From an uncultured Bdellovibrionales bacterium (GTDB lineage: Bacteria > Patescibacteriota > Minisyncoccia > Moranbacterales > GWC2-37-73): 64,000 nucleotides of DNA. Location of the stretch: assembly GCA_964609855.1 (NCBI GenBank), contig CAZSTB010000001.1, forward strand, positions 119,170-183,169, in the 5' to 3' direction. Made by a program: the position numbers and the translations under genes. Every line of letters starts with the position of its first letter. Position 1 is the first letter of the stretch. Below the pieces are notes generated by a model. It was not told the DNA's origin. It searched no databases and saw only the letters and a program-made list of their open reading frames with translations. Below, piece after piece: positions 26,915-36,536 of this stretch.

Positions 26915-28184
26915 AAAAATTATAATATTTTTGATGCTTATACTCTTGGCAACATTTTTTCTGTCAAAGTTTTTTAGAAATGGTGAAGGCGCGGAAGCAA
27001 CTATACTTGTAGATGACACGGATGATGTTAAAGGTCTAGGTTATTCAGGTCAACAAAAAATCGTGCAAGATTCTAACGGAAATTTCTTCGTAACCTACAG
27101 AAAAAAATATCAGGGCAGGTATGAAATATTTGTTGCTAGAATATATTTGAAAGACCAAAATTGGAAAGTATCAGGTACAGAAAAACCGGTAGCATTGGTA
27201 GGGTCAAAAGCTGATCAGCGTGTGCCTTCAATCAATATTGGTACCGACGGAGTCTTGTATGTGGTTTGGTACGGAAGCGATGCGAATGAAAAAAACCAGG
27301 TAAATAATCGACAGATAAAGTTTGTAAAGTCTGCTGATAGAGGAAATACCTGGTCGTCAGCAAAAAACATTTCCCATGTTGACGGCTATGAGAGCAGTCA
27401 AGCTTATTGGCAGGAACATCCGTATATTTTAGTCGGCAAGAATAATAATTTATATGTAACTTGGGAAGGAAAGGACCGCGAAAATTCCAATCAACAAATA
27501 AAATTTTCAAAGTCAACTGATGGAGGTGAATCGTGGTCAGACTGGAAAAATATTTCTCCGGCAAAAGATAATACGCAATCGCGACCAACGCTCGTAATTG
27601 ATAGCAGTAAAAGATTACATTTATTTTTCTACTCTTCCCAATTAAATCAGCAAGATAACCAACAAATTAATTATTCCTGGTCTGATGATGGAGGCGATTC
27701 CTGGAGCCCATTTGTGGCTCTTTCCCCAGAGGATGTTGATGCGCGGCATGTAACTGCAGCAGGGATATCTGACAGCGTGCATATTGCTTGGCGGCAATGG
27801 GATTTAAAAGGAGAAGCTAGAATAATGTATAAAAAACTAAGTAAGGGAAATTGGCAAGCTGCAGAGATAGTTAGTAATGATGGAGAAAATCAATTTTTCC
27901 CTTCGATATCTGCAGGTAGTGTTGGAAATGTAGTTATTGGTTGGATGGAAACAGAAGATTCATTCAGTTTGCCTAGGGAGGATCCTGATAGTGGAAAAAT
28001 ATACGCAGCAGTTTTACGCGGAAATTCATTCGGCAAGCGAATAAAAATTGCAACTGATGGAGAAAATTTATACGCCAATTTCCCTCAGAATAATGAAAAT
28101 AAGCATTTTACACCTTTAATTTTTGAGTCGGCAGCTTCTTCTGCTGGCGGATATAGCATAATTTTTAAATACTTAAAATTGTAG
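26898..28184 (+). CDS. BNR/Asp-box repeat beta-propeller protein (sialidase-like fold), N-terminally anchored
   Basis: Asp-box repeats SADRGNTWS, STDGGESWS, SDDGGDSWS. 17 bp overlap with the upstream synthase gene. Confidence 0.7.
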   Translation: MKLNYKKIIIFLMLILLATFFLSKFFRNGEGAEATILVDDTDDVKGLGYSGQQKIVQDSNGNFFVTYRKKYQGRYEIFVARIYLKDQNWKVSGTEKPVALVGSKADQRVPSINIGTDGVLYVVWYGSDANEKNQVNNRQIKFVKSADRGNTWSSAKNISHVDGYESSQAYWQEHPYILVGKNNNLYVTWEGKDRENSNQQIKFSKSTDGGESWSDWKNISPAKDNTQSRPTLVIDSSKRLHLFFYSSQLNQQDNQQINYSWSDDGGDSWSPFVALSPEDVDARHVTAAGISDSVHIAWRQWDLKGEARIMYKKLSKGNWQAAEIVSNDGENQFFPSISAGSVGNVVIGWMETEDSFSLPREDPDSGKIYAAVLRGNSFGKRIKIATDGENLYANFPQNNENKHFTPLIFESAASSAGGYSIIFKYLKL

Positions 28185-28231
28185 CCTTAAAGCTTTGCAA
28201 AAATGCGCATTAGTTGGTATAGTGTTCAGAT

Positions 28232-29206
28232 ATGAAAAAGAATTTTTGGGAAAATTTAAAGCGACCCTTTTTTGTGCTGGCGCCAATGGCTGACGTGACT
28301 GATTTTGCGCAGCGTCAGATGTTGGCTAAGTATGGGAAGCCTGATGTGACTTATACCGAATTTGTCAGCGCTGACGGGCTGGCAAATGAAAAGGGCAGAG
28401 AAGTTTTAATCAAAGATCTTCGCTTCAAGAAAAACGAGCATCCGATTGTAGCTCAAATTTTTGGCGCCAGGCCTGAGAATATCAAAATATCGGCGCGTAT
28501 CATTGCAGAGCTGGGTTTCGACGGAGTAGAAATAAACATGGGATGTCCGGACAAGAACGTTATTAAACAAGGCGCCGGAGCGGCGCTGATGAAAAATCCA
28601 GAGCTTGCGCGGGAACTTATCAGAGCAGCTAAAGAAGGCGCAGGAGAAATTCCCGTTTCAGTGAAAACTCGTATAGGCTTCAACAAAAATGAAATTGAAA
28701 CTTGGCTACCGGAACTTTTAGCGGAAAAGCCCGCGGTCATCACTATTCATGGTCGCACCAAAAAAGAGATGTCCGAAGTTGATGCTCATTGGGATGTGAT
28801 TGCCAGAGCTGTCCAAATCGCTCAAGGCAGCGGAGTTTTAGTGATAGGGAACGGCGATGTGAAAAATCTGGATGATGGGAGAAAAAAAGCTGAGCAGTCA
28901 GGAGTCGATGGGATTATGGTTGGACGCGCAATCTTTGGTGATCCTTGGTTTTTCAATACTGGTTTTGAAATTGAAAATATTCCGCTTGAAGAAAGATTCG
29001 CGGCGATGGTTGAGCACACGAAACTTTTTGAAAAAGAAATTTCTAATCTTAACATCAAAGGCTTTCATGTGATGAAAAAACATTTCAAAGCCTATGTCAG
29101 CGGTTTCGATGGTGCCAAAGAATTGAGAGCAAAATTAATGGAAACTGAAAATAGCTCACAGGTGAAAAAAATTATTGCCGAGTACTTTAAGGGTTTTACC
29201 GACTAG
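28232..29206 (+). CDS. tRNA-dihydrouridine synthase (Dus family)
   Basis: FVLAPMADVTDFAQRQ, INMGCP TIM-barrel FMN site, catalytic Cys region. Confidence 0.85.
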   Translation: MKKNFWENLKRPFFVLAPMADVTDFAQRQMLAKYGKPDVTYTEFVSADGLANEKGREVLIKDLRFKKNEHPIVAQIFGARPENIKISARIIAELGFDGVEINMGCPDKNVIKQGAGAALMKNPELARELIRAAKEGAGEIPVSVKTRIGFNKNEIETWLPELLAEKPAVITIHGRTKKEMSEVDAHWDVIARAVQIAQGSGVLVIGNGDVKNLDDGRKKAEQSGVDGIMVGRAIFGDPWFFNTGFEIENIPLEERFAAMVEHTKLFEKEISNLNIKGFHVMKKHFKAYVSGFDGAKELRAKLMETENSSQVKKIIAEYFKGFTD

Positions 29207-29266
29207 TTTTTTCTTCCCTATGTTAGATATGCTATAATTAAGGAGTCATATTTGTAATATAATATT

Positions 29267-29734
29267 ATGGATGAAAAAGAGTACCAACTTGAGATAGTGT
29301 CGCAACTGGAAAAAAATGAAGTTGCGTTGAGTGAGCTTTACGCACTATACCAAAGTAAGTTTCCGACTCGCAGAGAATTCTGGCAAGGCTTAGTTGATGA
29401 TGAGCAAAGTCATGCGCAGTGGATCAGGACGCTTAAGAGAAAAATCGAAGAAGGTGAAGTCAATATTAAAGAGCATCGCTTCAATATAGACATAATTAAT
29501 GATTTCAATAAGGAGGTTAAACAAAAGGAGCTTGAAATCAATCAAAATAATATTCCCTTGATTGAGGCGCTTGCAAACGCAGTAAAATTTGAACAAACCC
29601 TGATTGAAAGACGATTTTTTGAAGTATTTAAAGATGATTCACCTGAATTGGAAATGCTTTTGCTGGCACTGGAATATTCCACAAAAAATCATTTTGCAGC
29701 AATTCAAAAAGCCTATAATGCGGAAAATATCTAA
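29267..29734 (+). CDS. Hypothetical helical protein
   Basis: 155 aa; no motif recognised. Confidence 0.4.
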   Translation: MDEKEYQLEIVSQLEKNEVALSELYALYQSKFPTRREFWQGLVDDEQSHAQWIRTLKRKIEEGEVNIKEHRFNIDIINDFNKEVKQKELEINQNNIPLIEALANAVKFEQTLIERRFFEVFKDDSPELEMLLLALEYSTKNHFAAIQKAYNAENI

Positions 29735-29753
29735 GTACTTTTTTGAAAAAAAT

Positions 29754-30101
29754 ATGCGAACAATTACACATTGGCTTTTATCAGCAATTGCGATAATGAT
29801 TACGGCTTATTTTTTGCCGGGAATTATTGTTGAGGGATTTCTCACTGCGCTTGTTGTGGCGGTGGTTTTGGGATTCTTTAATGTGATCATCAAGCCCATT
29901 TTGATAGTGCTGACTTTGCCGATAAATATTCTTACGCTAGGTTTATTTACATTTGTAATTAACGCTGGACTGGTCAAGCTCACCAGCAATCTTGTGGATG
30001 GATTCGCTGTGACATCATTTTGGTGGGCGCTGCTTTTCAGTTTGATACTTTCTTTAGTGAGTGGAATCTTGAACCGCTTTGAGCCAAGTGGAAAAAACTA
30101 A
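29754..30101 (+). CDS. Small 4-TM membrane protein (holin superfamily IV / YvlD-DUF360-like)
   Basis: Start moved to an internal Met after the upstream stop. Characteristic IKPILIVLTLPINILTLGLFTFVINA pattern. Confidence 0.55.
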   Translation: MRTITHWLLSAIAIMITAYFLPGIIVEGFLTALVVAVVLGFFNVIIKPILIVLTLPINILTLGLFTFVINAGLVKLTSNLVDGFAVTSFWWALLFSLILSLVSGILNRFEPSGKN

Positions 30102-30114
30102 ATTCCAAAAAATC

Positions 30115-30152
30115 AAAAGGGCGCCGAATGTTTCGGTGCCCCATTTTTTTTT
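30115..30152. terminator. Bidirectional terminator between convergent genes
   Basis: aaaagggcgccgaatgtttcggtgccccattttttttt. Confidence 0.55.
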
Positions 30153-30604
30153 CACTCTTTGAAATTGAGCGTTTTGTAGACATGTTTCAGAAGCTTCTCT
30201 CTCCAGTTGATCTGGCAAGGATTGGAAAAAAGCAGTTCAAGCGCGGTTTCCATCATGGAAAAGTAGTGAAAATAATCCTCATGCGCGGCGGTTTCTTTGC
30301 TGTGAATTATCGCGTAGCGAATTACGATGTGTGCCTGACGCTCTCTTTCACATACATTTTTGTGAGAAATTTTTTCAGTCTGAATGTGACCAATTTTTTC
30401 AAAGCAATCAGCTGAAACATATTCAATGGCTTGACGAACGCCGTCGATGGCGACATTGTCATTTTCTAAAATCGATTCTGCAAGATACTTTGCGATTCTG
30501 AGTATTATCAATGAGCGCATTTTTGAGGTCAGCGGCTTTTTCATGCTTAAAAAATGTGACTGTATCTCGCTGATAAGTCTTATTGCTAGCTTGTCCTTTT
30601 GCAT
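30152..30604 (-). CDS. Hypothetical protein, co-oriented downstream of obg
   Basis: 150 aa; no motif recognised. Confidence 0.4.
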   Translation of the reverse strand: MQKDKLAIRLISEIQSHFLSMKKPLTSKMRSLIILRIAKYLAESILENDNVAIDGVRQAIEYVSADCFEKIGHIQTEKISHKNVCERERQAHIVIRYAIIHSKETAAHEDYFHYFSMMETALELLFSNPCQINWREKLLKHVYKTLNFKE

Positions 30605-30641
30605 GGTTCCCTCCTTTTTAAAGTGCGATAGATTTTTTAAC

Positions 30642-31604
30642 CTATTTTTCCTTATCTAACTCGTTTAAAATATTTTTAACTTTCTGGAGTTCATCCCAGT
30701 TGTGGATGGAAATCGGAATTGCTTTCTTGTTGATTTTTTTAGCTTCTTTTAATTTTTCTTTTAAAATTTCCGGGGTAACGGTGTCTGAACGTGAGACTAG
30801 AATATATTCCGGTTTTTCTAACAATGTTGGATTGAAAGCGCCAAGCTCAGCGCGAATAGTTTTGTAATCAGCGGTAATGTCTTCACTGTCAGCGGCCAAG
30901 AAATGAAAAATAATCTTTGTTCGCTCGACGTGTTTCAAGAATTTGATTCCCAAGCCTTTGCCGTCGGACGCACCTTCAATCAATCCAGGAATGTCAGCTA
31001 GGATAAGACTGTAATAAACGCCGAGATTAGGTTCAAGGGTGGTAAATTGATAGTTGGCAACTTTTACGTTGGCGTTGGTAAGTTCATTTAGCAGCGAAGA
31101 TTTACCAAGATTTGGAAGTCCGACAAAGCCGATATCCGCTATCATTTTCAGTTCAAGTCGAAGTTCAAATGCCTGTCCCGGTTTACCTTCCTCGAATTCT
31201 TTCGGAGTTGTATTTTTCGAACCACGGAACTGAAAGTTTCCGCGACCTCCGCGTCCTCCTTTGGCAATCAAAATTTCCTCTCCAACTTTGGTGATTTCTT
31301 GAGATTCTCCAGTAGTAAGATTGTTGATCACTGTCCCAACGGGAATTTTGATGATTTCATCTTTTGCATCAGGACCATCACAAAATTGGCCTTTGCCCTC
31401 GCGCCCGTTTTCAGCATTAACTTGTTTTCTGAAACGAAATTGATTGAGGGCATTAAGATCGGAGACGCCTTTAAAGATAACGCTTCCTCCTCGTCCGCCA
31501 CTTCCGCCAGCTGGTCCAAGACTCATCAGGTTCTTGTTGAAAGCCACGCAGCCCTTGCCTCCGTTTCCAGCTGAAACTTCAATTTTAATATCATCTATGA
31601 GCAT
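30642..31604 (-). CDS. obg: GTPase Obg/CgtA
   Basis: Gly-rich Obg fold (DEAKIxVKAGNGGKG, GPAGGSGGRGGSVIF). G domain GLPNLGKSSLLN. Start assigned to Met16 of the listed ORF (MLIDDIKIEV). Confidence 0.9.
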   Translation of the reverse strand: MLIDDIKIEVSAGNGGKGCVAFNKNLMSLGPAGGSGGRGGSVIFKGVSDLNALNQFRFRKQVNAENGREGKGQFCDGPDAKDEIIKIPVGTVINNLTTGESQEITKVGEEILIAKGGRGGRGNFQFRGSKNTTPKEFEEGKPGQAFELRLELKMIADIGFVGLPNLGKSSLLNELTNANVKVANYQFTTLEPNLGVYYSLILADIPGLIEGASDGKGLGIKFLKHVERTKIIFHFLAADSEDITADYKTIRAELGAFNPTLLEKPEYILVSRSDTVTPEILKEKLKEAKKINKKAIPISIHNWDELQKVKNILNELDKEK

Positions 31605-31791
31605 AAATTTGTATATCGTATTTAGTATATTGTATCTTGTATGGAACACGCATATATTTCCAATAACGCAGTATAGCCTAATATGTAAAAAATATCAAGC
31701 CTACGAGTATATGTCACTTAATTGATTAAATATACATTAAATATACATTAATCTCTTGCTATTTCTAATATAATGTGTCATTATGTAATTT

Positions 31792-33063
31792 ATGAAAAAA
31801 TTAATCGAAGAACAATTTGACGTGGTAGTGATTGGGGCTGGGCCAGCTGGAATGATGGCTGCCTTTAGAGCTGCACAAAAAGGAGCGCGCGTTGCCTTGG
31901 TTGATAAGAAAGAAGAGCCTGGAAAAAAGCTTTTAATGGCAGGTGGGGGGCGCTGCAATCTAACGCAGGATGAAAATGATTTAATGGAACTGGCTTTAAA
32001 ATATGGCAAGCATGGAAGATTTTTGCTTAGCTCTTTTAAGGCATTCAGGCCTAGTGCAGTGCGGGAATTTTTTGCAGGTCGCGGAGTGCCAACAAAGGTT
32101 GAAAAAAATGGACGCGTGTTTCCTGAAAGTGATAAAGCTGAAGATGTGCTGAGAGCTTTAATCCAAGGAATGAAAGAAAACGGCATCACTTTTTTATACA
32201 AAGCACATGTTACAGATTTGGTCGTTGAGGAGGGAAAAATTGTTAAAATAGTCCTCAAGAAACGCGAACTTTTTCCACGAAATGTGATTATCGCCACTGG
32301 CGGGAAATCTTATCCAGCCACCGGTTCAACGGGGGAAGGATATGATTGGGCTAAGGAGTTGGGTCATAACATTATTAATACCCAGCCAGCACTCGTGCCA
32401 ATCCAAGTTAGGGAAGATTGGGTAGGGGAGCTTCAAGGCGTAAGCGTAGGAAGCGCTAAACTTTCTGTTTTTCAAAATAACAAAAAACAATTTTCAGATA
32501 GCGGAGATTTGATGTTCGCGCATTTTGGACTAAGCGGTCCTTTGGCCTTGAATATGAGCAGGCAAATAAGCAAGATTGCGGAAGACAGCGACATTAAATT
32601 GTTGCTTGATCTTAAGCCATACCTGACACCTGAGCAGCTTGACGAAATTGTGCGTGCAGACTTTGAACGCAATGCTGATAAGAAGCTGGCAAATTGCTTG
32701 GCTGATGTCTTTTCGCCAAAACTTTTAGATTTTCTCTTGCGCTATTCCGGTCTTGATTTAGAAAAGCATGCCGCTAAAATTAGTCGCAAAGAAAGACATA
32801 TCCTTGTAAACTTATTCAAAAATTTGGAAATGAATTTTGAAAGTCTGTTTGGCTTTGAGCGCGCGATGGTTACGAGCGGCGGAGTTGATATCAAAGAGAT
32901 TGAATCAAAAACTATGCGTTCAAAAATCGTAAATAATCTTTTTTTTGCCGGGGAAATCATCGATGTTGATGGCCCGACTGGCGGATTTAATCTCCAGCTT
33001 TGTTGGAGCACTGGATTTTTAGCTGGAGATAATGCAGCTAAGAATTCGAAATTTAGAATTTGA
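31792..33063 (+). CDS. HI0933/YhiN-family FAD-dependent oxidoreductase (BaiN-like flavoprotein)
   Basis: VVVIGAGPAGMMAA FAD motif, GGGRCNLT, C-terminal GEIIDVDGPTGGFNLQ. Confidence 0.8.
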   Translation: MKKLIEEQFDVVVIGAGPAGMMAAFRAAQKGARVALVDKKEEPGKKLLMAGGGRCNLTQDENDLMELALKYGKHGRFLLSSFKAFRPSAVREFFAGRGVPTKVEKNGRVFPESDKAEDVLRALIQGMKENGITFLYKAHVTDLVVEEGKIVKIVLKKRELFPRNVIIATGGKSYPATGSTGEGYDWAKELGHNIINTQPALVPIQVREDWVGELQGVSVGSAKLSVFQNNKKQFSDSGDLMFAHFGLSGPLALNMSRQISKIAEDSDIKLLLDLKPYLTPEQLDEIVRADFERNADKKLANCLADVFSPKLLDFLLRYSGLDLEKHAAKISRKERHILVNLFKNLEMNFESLFGFERAMVTSGGVDIKEIESKTMRSKIVNNLFFAGEIIDVDGPTGGFNLQLCWSTGFLAGDNAAKNSKFRI

Positions 33064-33248
33064 AATAAGATTTAAATTCCAAGATATTTAAAGTCTTGAA
33101 GAATTTAAGCATTGAAATTGAAAAATAAAACATAAAGAAAGAATGTTCCGCAATACGCGGTTTTTTGGTTTGTGCTTCAATATTATTGTGCTATATTAAA
33201 GTTGATGAAATTAAATCAATAAGGATAAAATATTTTGCGTAAAGATTT

Positions 33249-34031
33249 ATGAAAAATACTGTTTGGTTGAAAATTTTCATGTTTATGTTCTTGATAATAC
33301 CATTTTTATCTCATGCTGGAAGTTGTAAGAAACCAAGTAGATCTTCTGATTGGGGAGCCTGTTCTGATAACTTCAAAAAAGCCGAAGATTTTTGTGATTC
33401 CAAAAATGCGCAATATAATCTCAGTGAATGTGACAAATGCTGTGGATACTTTGAAAATGTTTCTTGTGGAAAACCAAGTGAGTGTAAGATTTTAAAAAAT
33501 CCTCCAAAAACAACAGTTTCCATTCCGATTGTCAATGAGTCCAACGCAGTTGAAAATACATCTTCTGGCGAAGTAAGGCAAGAAATTCAATTAGAAAAGC
33601 AAAAAATTGAAGAAGATCAAAGGAGACAGGAGGAGTTGAAAAAAATTGAAGAAGAAAAACGATTGCAAGGGGAAAAAAATATCGCGGCTAAGCAAAAAAT
33701 TGAAAATATAAAAGTTGAGATAGATAATTTGATTAAGGAGCAAGATAGTACGATATTATTCGTGGAAAGCAGATCTGAAATAAAAAGATTTTTTCTTGGC
33801 GAGGATTATAAAAATATTGGTCAATTGAGAAGTGCATTGGTTAAAAATGACGCGCAAATAAGAAAACTCCAGCTATTATTACAGGAATCGCAATTTGAAG
33901 AAATAACAGTTGTTGTTCAGCAAGAATTGGAACAACTTTTGAATCAACAGTCAAAAATGAGTGAAACAATCGAGAGAAATAAAAGCACTTTTAGTTTGCT
34001 TGGTTGGTTTGTGAAAATATTAAGCAATTAG
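33249..34031 (+). CDS. Hypothetical secreted protein with Cys-rich N-domain and coiled-coil C-terminus
   Basis: Signal peptide, 8 cysteines in the first 90 aa, then charged heptad repeats. Confidence 0.45.
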   Translation: MKNTVWLKIFMFMFLIIPFLSHAGSCKKPSRSSDWGACSDNFKKAEDFCDSKNAQYNLSECDKCCGYFENVSCGKPSECKILKNPPKTTVSIPIVNESNAVENTSSGEVRQEIQLEKQKIEEDQRRQEELKKIEEEKRLQGEKNIAAKQKIENIKVEIDNLIKEQDSTILFVESRSEIKRFFLGEDYKNIGQLRSALVKNDAQIRKLQLLLQESQFEEITVVVQQELEQLLNQQSKMSETIERNKSTFSLLGWFVKILSN

Positions 34032-34081
34032 TTTTGTGCCTGATAAATTGAATGAAGTAATTAACAGGTGCTGATGGGTTT

Positions 34082-34852
34082 ATGCTCATAAGGATTGTAA
34101 ATAAAAAAATTTTTTCTATTTTTATAATAACTACACTCATAATAGTGGGTTGTATTATCTTTGGCTTGTATTCTTTATTTTTAAATTTTCAAAATGATTC
34201 AAAATTAAATATTCAAAATTCTTTTTCTGCAACCGAAACTAATTCTTCTCAAAATAATCAAGAAAGTGTGAAACAAGGAGACTTACTGCAAGAACCTGCT
34301 AAAGGTCAGTCTGAAAGTGTAACTGAGGATTTGACGGAAAAGGACGAAACCGTTATTGAGGTAATTGAATATGTTAACCAAAAATATGGATATGCGGTGT
34401 ATTTTCCTAGAAAATGGCACATTAATACTGATTCTTCCGAGAATCCTTTTCGAGAAATTGATCTGAATGAGAAGGAAAAATTCATGGTGAGTGGCCAAAC
34501 TTTCTGGTCAAATTACCAAGATATAAATAAATTTACACCGTCGGACAAACCTGATGATTTTCGCCTGCTTAGTCTTGCTGTTTATAAAAAAGATTCTTTG
34601 AAAGCTATTGAGGAATTCGCATCAGCGGCTGGATTTTATATCGAAGGCGATACGCAAAAAATACCTTTTTCAGCAAAGGATGCATCGGGGATTGAATTTT
34701 TGACACCTGGAATGTCAAAGGAAAATCCAAAAATACATATCATTTTTCAAAGGGAGGATATTTTCTATGTATTCACGCTAGCATTTACAAATTCCGATCC
34801 CGAAGTGATATCTGATATGGAAAGGATAGCAAAAGGATTAAAATTGATGTGA
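34082..34852 (+). CDS. Hypothetical membrane-anchored protein
   Basis: N-terminal TM, Ser/Gln-rich linker, globular C-terminal domain. Confidence 0.45.
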   Translation: MLIRIVNKKIFSIFIITTLIIVGCIIFGLYSLFLNFQNDSKLNIQNSFSATETNSSQNNQESVKQGDLLQEPAKGQSESVTEDLTEKDETVIEVIEYVNQKYGYAVYFPRKWHINTDSSENPFREIDLNEKEKFMVSGQTFWSNYQDINKFTPSDKPDDFRLLSLAVYKKDSLKAIEEFASAAGFYIEGDTQKIPFSAKDASGIEFLTPGMSKENPKIHIIFQREDIFYVFTLAFTNSDPEVISDMERIAKGLKLM

Positions 34853-34930
34853 TCGTATCAATATTAATTTCTTGTATTTTTTGATTAAAGTATTATAATT
34901 GAATCAATAATAAATTTAATAAAATAAAAA

Positions 34931-35509
34931 ATGAAAACAACAAAGAAATTGCTTGTTGTCGTATCAGTCTTGACTGTTTTAGTAGGCATTTCTGGAACGG
35001 CTTCTGCAAAAAGTTCTTGGGAAGACTTCTTTACGAGGGATGAGGCGAAAACCATTAAAAATATGGTTAAGGAGAGTATTATTCATGAATTTGAAAATCC
35101 TGATGGTGATTGGAAGAAGTTGATATCATCTAAAATGATTAAGAATGGTGCAATTGACGCAGAAAAAGTTGGGGATGAAATTGTAAAACAAAAAATATTT
35201 TCAGCTACTGCACCAAATAGCGCTGCTGGTGCAGATTTCTCTGTTTGTGATTCTGTGGACACGGATGAATGTTCATATTATGATGATGTAACAATTCCTG
35301 AAATAGATGTATCTAAAGCAGTTGATGCTTATGTTATATATGAAGTTGATGACGCAAATTGGAAATCGGATACTGGATTTGGTGTTACGTATCAATTTAT
35401 GAATAATATAAAGATTCGCAGCGGTCATGTCTATGTTCCTTATGGACATGGAGATAACGGTGTTTATGATGGAACTTTTACAGACTATAGGGTTATCGTG
35501 AACTACTAA
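34931..35509 (+). CDS. Hypothetical secreted protein
   Basis: Signal peptide ending ASA-KS. Confidence 0.45.
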   Translation: MKTTKKLLVVVSVLTVLVGISGTASAKSSWEDFFTRDEAKTIKNMVKESIIHEFENPDGDWKKLISSKMIKNGAIDAEKVGDEIVKQKIFSATAPNSAAGADFSVCDSVDTDECSYYDDVTIPEIDVSKAVDAYVIYEVDDANWKSDTGFGVTYQFMNNIKIRSGHVYVPYGHGDNGVYDGTFTDYRVIVNY

Positions 35510-35529
35510 TACAGAAAATCATTCAAAAA

Positions 35530-35555
35530 GAAGCCTAAAATAAAGGCTTCTTTTT
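35530..35555 (+). terminator. Rho-independent terminator
   Basis: aagcctaaaataaaggcttcttttt. Confidence 0.55.
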
Positions 35556-35625
35556 GTTTTGATTGAAATTTTTGTTTTTAACCCAAAAGTTTCAATACAT
35601 TGCGTTCATAGCAGTTCTGGTTGAC

Positions 35626-35654
35626 TATTTGGTGAAAATACTATATGCTAGAAT
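35626..35654 (+). promoter_or_regulatory. Candidate sigma70 promoter (TTGACT-17-TATGCT) upstream of the RRM gene
   Basis: ttgactatttggtgaaaatactatatgct, followed by a ~90 nt leader. Confidence 0.35.
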
Positions 35655-35747
35655 CAATTGTAAGTGTCTTACTGGTTTTGCCTTTTTGTGGCTAAAATTA
35701 AGAGAGGAGGTCGCCTTACAAAGTAATAAGTTCACAAATGCAAAACT

Positions 35748-36068
35748 ATGGCAACAAAACTCTATGTAGGTGGTCTTCCTTATTCAACTTCGGAAGATGC
35801 AATGCGAGATCTTTTTGCTCAAGCAGGAAGCGTTACCTCAGCAACGATCATCATGGATAAAATGACTGGTCGCAGCAAAGGTTTCGGATTCGTTGAAATG
35901 TCTTCTGACGAAGAAGCACAAGCAGCAATCGAAATGTTTGACAAAAAAGAGTACGAAGGACGTACTTTGACTGTAAATGAAGCTCGTCCAATGGAAGCTC
36001 GTCCTCCAAGACGTGATTTCAATGGTGGTGGTAACCGCGGTGGTTACGGAAGCCGAAACAACTACTAG
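35748..36068 (+). CDS. Glycine-rich RNA-binding protein with RRM (RNP-1/RNP-2) domain
   Basis: KLYVGGLPY (RNP-2), KGFGFVEM (RNP-1), C-terminal GGGNRGGYG tail. Confidence 0.85.
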   Translation: MATKLYVGGLPYSTSEDAMRDLFAQAGSVTSATIIMDKMTGRSKGFGFVEMSSDEEAQAAIEMFDKKEYEGRTLTVNEARPMEARPPRRDFNGGGNRGGYGSRNNY

Positions 36069-36088
36069 TTAATAGTCGTTGAGTCAAC

Positions 36089-36119
36089 AAAAAAAGAGGC
36101 AGTGATGCCTCTTTTTTTG
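36089..36119 (+). terminator. Rho-independent terminator
   Basis: aaaaaagaggcagtgatgcctcttttttt. Confidence 0.6.
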
Positions 36120-36338
36120 TTGTGTAATTTTTTTATTCCCGTAGAAGTGGAAATCCATTTACTGTATTTTGAATCATATTTGTATGCTTGTTATAAGGTC
36201 TGATTGGGATATCTTTCTTTCGGACAAGATAACGATAATGCGGGCTTAACCTTGCTTGGGTGTTTTATGCTGCTGAATATTGAAATTGCAAATACAAATA
36301 GACCCACATCCAGCAGGGTGCTATAATGACAACATGAA

Positions 36339-36536
36339 ATGATGTTAATGATTTATTTTTGCTGGTTTATGTCTGAGAATGAAACAACTGAAAAATATAA
36401 AAAAGCCTGGGAAAAATTTCAGGAAAAGATGGCCTCATTGAAAAAGAGACGCCATGAAATTTTGGCGCGCATTTCTGAGAAGTTGGATAGGCAACATATC
36501 GAAAAACTAAGAAAAAAATTAGAAGATCATGTATAA
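36339..36536 (+). CDS. Small hypothetical protein, overlaps downstream gene by 8 bp (ATGTATAA)
   Basis: 65 aa charged helical ORF, translationally coupled with 36529. Confidence 0.3.
   Translation: MMLMIYFCWFMSENETTEKYKKAWEKFQEKMASLKKRRHEILARISEKLDRQHIEKLRKKLEDHV

Noticed and set aside
29754-30101. Prophage remnant, considered because of the holin-like genes at 29754-30101 and 40963-41223
   Set aside because: No integrase, capsid, terminase or tail genes. No att-like repeats. The neighbours are housekeeping genes (dus, obg, engB, typA).
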